Shown in pieces: positions 56,856-64,000 of a DNA stretch of 64,000 nucleotides. This DNA is from an uncultured Campylobacterales bacterium (GTDB lineage: Bacteria > Campylobacterota > Campylobacteria > Campylobacterales > QNZT01). Below the pieces are notes generated by a model. The model was not told the origin of the DNA and searched no databases. It worked only from the letters and a program-made list of their open reading frames with translations. The DNA is taken from positions 17,626 through 81,625 of the forward strand of contig CAZLLE010000011.1 in NCBI GenBank assembly GCA_964560425.1, written 5' to 3'. Made by a program: the position numbers and the translations under genes. How positions within the stretch are numbered: position 1 is the first letter of the stretch; each line of letters starts with the position of its first letter.

Positions 56856-57797
56856 TTATTCAAAGTTAATAGTTGCCAATGTCCCTTTACTAGGAATAGA
56901 TTCAACTTTAATCTTAAAACCATAAAAATCTACCACATTTTTTACAATACTAAGACCAATACCAAAACCACCCTCACTTCTATTAGATCTATTAAATTGC
57001 TGAAATATATTTTTAAGTTGCTTAGAATCCATTCCAACGCCAGAATCTTTGACGCTAAATTTATGTTCATCAAGAGAGATAACAATCTCACCACCCTTCT
57101 TATTATATTTAATAGAATTGGATATTAGATTATCAATAAGTCTAATTGCATCATTTTTATCCAATTCACAAAAAACTTTTTCATCAATGGACTCTATTAA
57201 TTTGACTCTTTTTGATTTCATCATCGCTCCAAAATAGATTAATCTATCCTTTAGAAGTTTACTCAAATTAACACGCTCTATATCTCTCAAATGTTTATGA
57301 TTGAGTTGAATATATATTAAGTCCTCATATAATCTATTTAAAGTTTGTGAAGCAATAGAAATTCTTGTTAACTCCTTTTTATCTTGACAATCCTCTTTAT
57401 TCTCTAAGAGTTCAATATTCATTAATATTGCACTAATGGGGGTATTTAATTCATGTGTCGCATCTCTAATAAAATCATTTATAGCTTTAAAAGAGGAGTG
57501 CATATGTGTATTAAAAAGTTTTCCAAAAAAATAACCAAAAAGTATAATAAAGAACAATGAAACCAGAAATATTGTAATAACTATCTCTTCTAAACTAATA
57601 ATATTTGGCTCTTCATGACTTCCCAACATATCTGCTTGTAGCTGTTGTCCAATAAAAATAGTCTGATTACCTCTCACTCCTCCTCCATCTAAATAAGAGT
57701 AAAATGCAAATAATACACTACCCACAAAAAATGTAGTAGAGATAACATATGTAATATAAAATTTAATCATTCTTCTTTTATCATCAGATTCCATCAA
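56856..57797 (-). CDS. sensor histidine kinase (short periplasmic loop)
   Basis: Two TM segments, H-box THELNTPISA, and an ATPase region with DSGVGM and GGFGIGLSIV. Confidence 0.85.
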   Translation of the reverse strand: MMESDDKRRMIKFYITYVISTTFFVGSVLFAFYSYLDGGGVRGNQTIFIGQQLQADMLGSHEEPNIISLEEIVITIFLVSLFFIILFGYFFGKLFNTHMHSSFKAINDFIRDATHELNTPISAILMNIELLENKEDCQDKKELTRISIASQTLNRLYEDLIYIQLNHKHLRDIERVNLSKLLKDRLIYFGAMMKSKRVKLIESIDEKVFCELDKNDAIRLIDNLISNSIKYNKKGGEIVISLDEHKFSVKDSGVGMDSKQLKNIFQQFNRSNRSEGGFGIGLSIVKNVVDFYGFKIKVESIPSKGTLATINFE

Positions 57798-58155
57798 CTC
57801 TATTTTCCTTAGTTATATTTAATGTTTTAAAAATAAAAGCCAATAATGTTTGTAAAGTAAATGGTCTTGGCATATATTGCCCATGTAATACATTTTTTTC
57901 GCTTTTTTGAGAAAAAACCAAAGAACCAATCAAAATTGATGGTAAAATTTTTTTGGAATATAGATAAGAGAGGCTATAAAGAATTAAAAAATTTGTATTT
58001 ACAAGTATTAAGTCAACTTCCAATTTGCTAAGCATCTCTTTGGCAACCAACGCATCAAATGCTTGGATAACAAAAAATCCTTGTTCTGTCAAAAACTCAG
58101 TGAGTGTTTCACTAAAAACAATATCCTCTTCAAGTAACAAAATGGTGCCTGACAT
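57784..58155 (-). CDS. stand-alone receiver-like domain with degenerate phospho-acceptor site
   Basis: LLLEEDIVF start and overall receiver layout, but VDLILVNTNF has Asn where the acceptor Asp is expected and RPF replaces KPF. There is no output domain. 14-nt overlap with the kinase gene. Confidence 0.6.
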   Translation of the reverse strand: MSGTILLLEEDIVFSETLTEFLTEQGFFVIQAFDALVAKEMLSKLEVDLILVNTNFLILYSLSYLYSKKILPSILIGSLVFSQKSEKNVLHGQYMPRPFTLQTLLAFIFKTLNITKENRVDGI

Positions 58156-58185
58156 GATAGAACCTTTACTAAATTATTTATTAAA

Positions 58186-58217
58186 ATTATAGGAAGTAAA
58201 GGTGAAGTAAATGTGAA
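58186..58217 (-). promoter_or_regulatory. tandem 11-mer direct repeat plus TATAAT upstream of the receiver/kinase genes
   Basis: Gene-strand reading is TTCACATTTAC|TTCACCTTTAC-ttcc-TATAAT (10 of 11 identity between units). One arm, AGTAAAGGT, is also inverted at 58162-58170. Confidence 0.45.
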
Positions 58218-58286
58218 CTTAAGCATTTTTTAATTTTTACTGTTTTTATTGAAGCTATTTGTAAATTTTATGATAAAAATCAAATT

Positions 58287-58625
58287 TTACATAGAAATCA
58301 ACCACTCACTCATATTAAAGACATCTTTTGTTAACTGCATACTTTTCCACCCTGAAGGCTCTAAATACATCAATTTTGAGCCAAAATAACCCACACAATA
58401 ACTCTCTTTATATATCGCAAAAGAGCCACTCATAAGAGAGTCAAAAATATCAGAACCATCTTCTGGAGTTTTATACATATCAAATTGTAAAAGATGTAGA
58501 TCAATCAATGTTGATATAAAAATCTCATTCTCTCTTAGAGAGTGGCTTATACTGTAATATGTAGGATATGTCAAAAAAGGTTCATCTACTATTTCACTAA
58601 TATATAATCTCTCTTTTTTTCTCAT
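58287..58625 (-). CDS. hypothetical protein
   Basis: 112-aa ORF 27 nt downstream of the MCP gene. No recognisable family. Confidence 0.4.
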   Translation of the reverse strand: MRKKERLYISEIVDEPFLTYPTYYSISHSLRENEIFISTLIDLHLLQFDMYKTPEDGSDIFDSLMSGSFAIYKESYCVGYFGSKLMYLEPSGWKSMQLTKDVFNMSEWLISM

Positions 58626-58652
58626 AATATCACCTCATATATTTATACCAAT

Positions 58653-60701
58653 CTAAGTCTTAAAAAGTTCTAATTGAGTATTTAGATCTTCTGTCATTTT
58701 ATTAAGATATTTACTTGCCTCTGCAATCTCTTCAACATTTTTTGCACTAGAGGAGGAGATAATACTAACTTCCTCTATCTTTTTAATCATTCCATTTACA
58801 CTTTTTCCTGTTATTTCAAAATCATCAACAGTTTTTTGTGTTGCATTAGTTGCTTCATTAACAAGCCTCGTTGTTCCATTTATCTTCTCTTCAACTTCAC
58901 TTGCACTATTAGATAACTCTTGAATATCTTTAGAATTTCTACTCATCTGATCACTTGCATCTAATATTGATTGAACAATTACACCAATTGTTGCATTAAT
59001 TTCAGATAATGATTTTTGTGTCCTTTCAGCCAATTGCCTAACCTCATCTGCTACAACAGCAAAACCTCTTCCATGTTCCCCTGCTCTTGCTGCTTCTATT
59101 GCTGCGTTTAGGGCAAGTAAGTTTGTCTGATCAGCAATATCTGAAATAACTTCCAAAACACCTTTGACTTGCGCTGCATCTGATGAAAGTGCCTGCATCT
59201 GACTTGCTAACTCTACTTCAATATCTACACTCTGCTGAACTTGCTCTGTAAGCTTTATTATTTCATCTCTAGCCTCATTCAAATTATCACTAGCTTTTAC
59301 AATATCTTTTTTACTATCTATTGCTTCTCTTATAAAATTTTCAATCTCTCTCATTATATCTTGAGCCTGTAATGTTGTATCATTAATAATAGTTACAGAA
59401 TTTTCAACATTACTACCCACTTTTGCAGAAGTTGAGGAGAGTTGACTAGATATAGATGCATTTTCAAATGAAGATTTTTTGGATTTGGTAATCAATTGTC
59501 CTAATGAATCTAATAGAGAATTGACACTAACTGCCATCTCTCTAATCTCTTTAGTTACATCTGTATTTACTTTAATACTCAAATCTCTATTTTCACTAAC
59601 ATCTTTAAGAGAATCTTTAAATTCATTAATTGGTTTAATAATATTTTTATTTACAAACAAAGATGCAAGTATAGCCACTATAAATAGAGTACTCAATGAC
59701 CAAAAAATCATATGATTTCTCATACTATTGGGAACAATCATCACCTCTTCTTCATCTATCTCTGACATTAATGCCCAAGTGAAATCATCATTAATCTTAA
59801 TTGTTGTAAATGCTGAAAGGACTGGATTCCCATTGTAATCTATAATAATTTTTGAGTTCTCTTTTCCCTCAAAAGCTTCTTTTGTAGCCTCAGTATCAAC
59901 AGATCCTTTTGAAGGATTTTTAAAAGAGTTTACAACTGAGTGGTTGATAGGATCCAAAAAGCTATCACTTCTCATTAACTTATCTGATCCAACCAAATAA
60001 TCTTCCTGAGATTTACCATATCCCTTTCTAAATTTCATAATATCATTGATAGCTTTATTACTCATTTGAAGAACTAAAACAGATCTGAATTCTCCATCTA
60101 TATAAATAGGAGATCCAAAAAACATCACAGGGATATCATCCCTAGGAGCATAAGGAGCCATATCTACAAATAGACCCTTTTTTTTCGTTTGAACAACCTT
60201 TCTCCACACTTCTGCCAATCCACTCTCTTTTAAAACCCCATTAGAAAGGTTAGTTCCATAATCAGATTTTTTACTAGCAGAATATATAACTACACCTTTT
60301 TCTTTTGTAATAATAAAAGCATCCATATAACCATTATCTTTGATATATCCCTTTAAAAGTTTTTCATGAGCTTTGGTCTTATTAATAATTTCTAGATTAG
60401 AAAGGGGAAACTTATCACCATCTTTAATAGATAATTTCTTATAAATAGACATTATACTTGTAGTTAGAGAATAGACATTTGCACTTCTAGATAAAACCCG
60501 AATATCTTTGATTACTTTATTAAAAAATGTCTCTATTTGATGCTTCTTTATATCTCTAGATGTTTTTAATCTATCATAACTCACATTCATAAGAGCATCT
60601 GTACTCTCATTTACAGCAACCATTCTAGTAACGAATGAAACAATCATAATAGATATAATAATTATCCCTATCAATTGTACCTTTAGGCTAAATCTATTCA
60701 T
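58653..60701 (-). CDS. methyl-accepting chemotaxis protein with periplasmic double-Cache-type sensor
   Basis: TM, a roughly 300-aa Cache-like ectodomain, TM, a HAMP-like segment, and the signalling domain with [37 protein letters not shown]. Confidence 0.9.
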   Translation of the reverse strand: MNRFSLKVQLIGIIIISIMIVSFVTRMVAVNESTDALMNVSYDRLKTSRDIKKHQIETFFNKVIKDIRVLSRSANVYSLTTSIMSIYKKLSIKDGDKFPLSNLEIINKTKAHEKLLKGYIKDNGYMDAFIITKEKGVVIYSASKKSDYGTNLSNGVLKESGLAEVWRKVVQTKKKGLFVDMAPYAPRDDIPVMFFGSPIYIDGEFRSVLVLQMSNKAINDIMKFRKGYGKSQEDYLVGSDKLMRSDSFLDPINHSVVNSFKNPSKGSVDTEATKEAFEGKENSKIIIDYNGNPVLSAFTTIKINDDFTWALMSEIDEEEVMIVPNSMRNHMIFWSLSTLFIVAILASLFVNKNIIKPINEFKDSLKDVSENRDLSIKVNTDVTKEIREMAVSVNSLLDSLGQLITKSKKSSFENASISSQLSSTSAKVGSNVENSVTIINDTTLQAQDIMREIENFIREAIDSKKDIVKASDNLNEARDEIIKLTEQVQQSVDIEVELASQMQALSSDAAQVKGVLEVISDIADQTNLLALNAAIEAARAGEHGRGFAVVADEVRQLAERTQKSLSEINATIGVIVQSILDASDQMSRNSKDIQELSNSASEVEEKINGTTRLVNEATNATQKTVDDFEITGKSVNGMIKKIEEVSIISSSSAKNVEEIAEASKYLNKMTEDLNTQLELFKT

Positions 60702-60820
60702 AAAAAAACCCTTTCTTAAAATTCCTACCAGATAAGATCGACTTTTTTGATAAAAATTTAACCTCTAAATTAGAACTTGATACAATAAAAAAATTAAATA
60801 GTTTACCTTATGGAGAGTAT

Positions 60821-63574
60821 GTGTTAGAGATTTTTAAACAACAAAATAGTTTTTTGACAAGAGCCAAGGAGAATAGTAGTCTAAAATATGTATTAAATTT
60901 TGATCAAAATGGTGCTTTTATTGAAGTGTGTGATAAAAAATTAAAGCCAATCAAACAGATTGATTTTCGTGTATATAATGGACTTGATAGAGAGATTTTA
61001 CAACTTATCCAAAAGAGTGAAAAAGATGATTTTTTTCAAATTAGTTGGGAGGAAGAGAGTTCAGAAATTTATCTTCACAAACATTTAAGATTAGTTGAGC
61101 TTTTGAGATTGAGTGATAAATTTTTTACAAGTGATGATAAACAAATTTTATTTGAAAATGGTATATTTGAAATTGATCTTAAAATATTAAAAAGTAAAGA
61201 CAATAAGCTTCTTATTTCACCATCAATTGGTAAAGATGATGATTTTAAATTTTTGAGTCCTAGCTATGTAATGATAGGTCATGTTATAAAACAGATCAAA
61301 AATGTAGGTGAGAATTTTGATAAGCTCTCTAGTTTTGACACCATTATAGAGATAGATAAACTAGAGGAGTTTTTGACAATATTTGTTACCCATTTTGAAA
61401 ATATAGATATTAAATATGAAAATTTTGGAACAATAATTAAGGATGAAAAAAAGATTATCAAACCAGCTGTAATTTTTGAAAAAGTAACAGTTGATAATGA
61501 ATTAGTATTAAGAGTTACTGCCACTATAGGGAAACTTAGTCCTGAATTTTTCAATGATTTTAATATTACCAAGATTGTACTAATCAATGAGATAGAGAAC
61601 TCTTTTATGATATATGAGTGTGATTTTAGTGAAGTATTTGAGATGTACAGTTATATTTTCAAAAATCTCACCTCTCTCAAAAGAGCTATCAAAAATGTAA
61701 ATTTTAGTGAAGAGGATGGTCTCTTTATTATAGAAGAGAAATTAGCAGGTGAATTTATACTCAAAAATTTACAGACTATTATCACCAACTCTCAACTTTT
61801 TGGAAGTGATAAACTAAAAGCATATAAATATTCAACAAATAAACCTACCCTAAATATCTCATTTAAAGATAAAATAGACTTTTTTGACTCCAATGAAATA
61901 ACTGTATCAATAGGAGAAGAAAAATTTAATATTTTTGATATGATCAATCTATACAAAAAACACTCCTATATTCCACTAAGCAGTGGTGAAAAATCTATTA
62001 TTGACAAATCATATATCTCAAAACTAGAGAGAATTTTCAAGAAAGATGGTAAAAAGATAAAAGTCTCATTTTTTGATTTGCCAGAGATAGAGGAGTTGAT
62101 ATCTCAAAAAAGCCAAAAAGTATTTCATGATTCACGAGAGTTTTATGAAGGGTTTAATAGTCTCAAATCTTCAAAAACAAGATTGCCAAAACTAAAAAAT
62201 GTAACTTTGAGAGATTATCAAAAGTATGGAGTCAAATGGCTAAAATATCTTTATGATAATAATTTAGGGGGATGTTTAGCAGATGATATGGGGCTTGGTA
62301 AAACACTTCAAGCTATCTCACTTCTATCTTTTATATATCCAAAGACCAAAGTACCTTCACTAATTATTATGCCTAAAAGTCTACTCACCAATTGGCAAAA
62401 TGAGATTAAAAAATTTAGTCCAAATCTATCATTTAAACTTTACTATGGAGTGAATAGAGATCTTGAAAAACTAAATAATTACAATATTATTATAACAACT
62501 TATGCAATAGTAAGAAATGATATTGAAAAACTTAAAGAGTATACATTTGACACTATTATTTTGGATGAGTCTCAAAATATCAAAAATATAGAGTCCAAAA
62601 TATCAAAAGCTATTATGTTATTAAATGCCAAACATAAATTTGCATTGAGTGGAACACCAATTGAAAATTCTCTTTTTGAACTCTACTCACTCTTTAGATT
62701 TATCAATAATGGCATGTTTTCAACTGCAAATGACTTCAAAAAACATTTTGCTTTGCCAATTCAAGGTGAGGCAGATGAAAATATTGCAAAAATATTAAAA
62801 GCAAAAATATCTCCATTTTTATTAAGACGACTAAAAGCAGATGTATTAAAAGATCTACCACCAAAACAAGAACAAGTTATATATGTAGATATGGAAGAGA
62901 AACACAAAACATTTTATAATCAAAAGAAGGCATATTACAAAGAGATATTAAATAATCAAGTTGCAGTTAATGGGATAGAAAAATCAAAATTTGCTATTTT
63001 TCAAGCCTTTAATGATCTTCGACAAATCGCTTCAGCACCAGAATTAAAGAGTGAAAATCATATCCCTTCATCAAAGATAGAGAATCTTTTTGAAATGTTA
63101 AGTGATATTATAGGCAACAACCACAAAGTTTTAATATTTGCAAACTATTTAGGTTCATTAGATCTTATAGCAAATAGAGCAGAATCGGAAGGATATGAAT
63201 ATCTCATGATGACAGGAAGCACAAGAGATAGACAAACTCTAGTAGACAAATTTCAAAATGATAAAAAATATTCACTCTTTTTAATGACTCTAAAAGTAGG
63301 AGGAGTAGGACTAAATTTAACAGCAGCTGATTATGTATTTATCTTTGATCCATGGTGGAACAGAGCAGCTGAAAATCAAGCTATAGATAGAACACATAGA
63401 ATGGGACAAAAAAATACTGTTTTTAGCTATAGAATGATTACAAAAGATAGTATTGAAGAGAAAATTTTGGAGCTACAAAATCAAAAACAGGATTTGACGG
63501 ACATGATTATAAGTGGTGATGAGAGTGGTTTAAAACAGCTTACAAGTTCTGATTTAGAATTTATATTGGGGTAG
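60821..63574 (+). CDS. SNF2-family helicase with a long bacterial SNF2-associated N-terminal region
   Basis: GTG start after GGAGAG. LADDMGLGKT (I), DESQNIKN (II), LSGTPIEN (III) and QAIDRTHRMGQ (VI). About 460 aa of N-terminal extension. Confidence 0.85.
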   Translation: MLEIFKQQNSFLTRAKENSSLKYVLNFDQNGAFIEVCDKKLKPIKQIDFRVYNGLDREILQLIQKSEKDDFFQISWEEESSEIYLHKHLRLVELLRLSDKFFTSDDKQILFENGIFEIDLKILKSKDNKLLISPSIGKDDDFKFLSPSYVMIGHVIKQIKNVGENFDKLSSFDTIIEIDKLEEFLTIFVTHFENIDIKYENFGTIIKDEKKIIKPAVIFEKVTVDNELVLRVTATIGKLSPEFFNDFNITKIVLINEIENSFMIYECDFSEVFEMYSYIFKNLTSLKRAIKNVNFSEEDGLFIIEEKLAGEFILKNLQTIITNSQLFGSDKLKAYKYSTNKPTLNISFKDKIDFFDSNEITVSIGEEKFNIFDMINLYKKHSYIPLSSGEKSIIDKSYISKLERIFKKDGKKIKVSFFDLPEIEELISQKSQKVFHDSREFYEGFNSLKSSKTRLPKLKNVTLRDYQKYGVKWLKYLYDNNLGGCLADDMGLGKTLQAISLLSFIYPKTKVPSLIIMPKSLLTNWQNEIKKFSPNLSFKLYYGVNRDLEKLNNYNIIITTYAIVRNDIEKLKEYTFDTIILDESQNIKNIESKISKAIMLLNAKHKFALSGTPIENSLFELYSLFRFINNGMFSTANDFKKHFALPIQGEADENIAKILKAKISPFLLRRLKADVLKDLPPKQEQVIYVDMEEKHKTFYNQKKAYYKEILNNQVAVNGIEKSKFAIFQAFNDLRQIASAPELKSENHIPSSKIENLFEMLSDIIGNNHKVLIFANYLGSLDLIANRAESEGYEYLMMTGSTRDRQTLVDKFQNDKKYSLFLMTLKVGGVGLNLTAADYVFIFDPWWNRAAENQAIDRTHRMGQKNTVFSYRMITKDSIEEKILELQNQKQDLTDMIISGDESGLKQLTSSDLEFILG

Positions 63575-64000
63575 ATGATGAAATTTATGCAAATCAACAA
63601 AAATAAATTAAAAATACTTTTGGAAAAAAATACCAAAGATGAACTCATTAGGCTCTTAACTTTTAGTCTTGATATTATAGATAATATAGATATGCAAATC
63701 CCACCATTTGTTAAAAATAGAAGATTTAAAGCAACCACAAAAAATCATTTTGTAAATTTTCTTTTAAATCTTTTTGAAAATCCAATATTTAAAACTAAGC
63801 TTTATGAAAAATTAGCACAAAACCAAATATCAAGAACCATATATAATCTTTTAATATGGGAAACTCCCATAATTAATAGCTCTGATGTAGCAGAGACACT
63901 AAACTTAAAAAAAGTGATAAAGGTAAACAACTATGGAATAGAAGAGCATATACTAGAAGGGAATTTAGCTCTAATAAATAGAGATATCGAATTTTCGTGG
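63575..64000 (+). CDS. hypothetical protein, 3' end beyond window
   Basis: An ATGATG start immediately follows the SNF2 stop (TAG ATG ATG). The frame stays open for 142 codons to the window edge. It is absent from the ORF track because no stop is reached. Confidence 0.5.
   Translation, partial: MMKFMQINKNKLKILLEKNTKDELIRLLTFSLDIIDNIDMQIPPFVKNRRFKATTKNHFVNFLLNLFENPIFKTKLYEKLAQNQISRTIYNLLIWETPIINSSDVAETLNLKKVIKVNNYGIEEHILEGNLALINRDIEFSW

Noticed and set aside
1-64000. Search for rRNA, tRNA, riboswitch-like leaders, IS elements, integrases and prophage genes
   Set aside because: No intergenic gap exceeds about 280 bp. None shows cloverleaf-type GC-rich stems or long terminal inverted repeats. 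No ORF has transposase, integrase or phage structural motifs that I could recognise by eye.

Overview
This is a 64-kb, strongly AT-rich chromosomal segment with no rRNA, tRNA, CRISPR array, transposase or integrase that I could see. All calls come from motif and pattern reading only, with no searches run. Gene order suggests a Campylobacterota (epsilonproteobacterial) genome: lolC/E-like, secA and lolA lie together, and fliL is followed by acpS (inference).

Main blocks, left to right:
- pta-ackA
- a solo HipA-family kinase with a fused HTH
- a cytochrome c/thioredoxin-like fusion and a 2-TM iGluR-like channel
- a LysR/YeiH-like pair
- an acetate-uptake block (porin, DUF485, actP, cNMP-CBS-DUF294 protein, DnaQ-like exonuclease, acs) below a Cache histidine kinase and OmpR-type regulator
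- a copper-type (OprC-like) TonB receptor with an anchored cytochrome c
- hpf, then a three-gene pseudopilin module
- ldtD/mepK-like and pdxJ-pdxA-bpt genes
- an ApbE/DUF3570/DUF4266 triad
- a single-polypeptide C5-methyltransferase/HpaII-like endonuclease flanked by an exact 12-bp direct repeat
- a TolC-MFP-RND efflux locus with two small secreted proteins, a TSP3-repeat barrel and a two-component system
- a radical SAM/hemerythrin pair, then a signalling cluster with a degenerate receiver
- an MCP, and an SNF2 helicase at the right edge

Strongest leads:
1. The DUF3570-type barrel, coupled to ApbE, carries a DIVSGAS sequence matching the ApbE flavinylation consensus.
2. A GTAACA-N5-GTAACA-N9-TATAMT promoter architecture recurs three times and ties the efflux locus into one putative regulon.
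3. The fused R-M gene looks like a discrete insertion.
4. An intergenic C7A8 tract sits at a frame junction.
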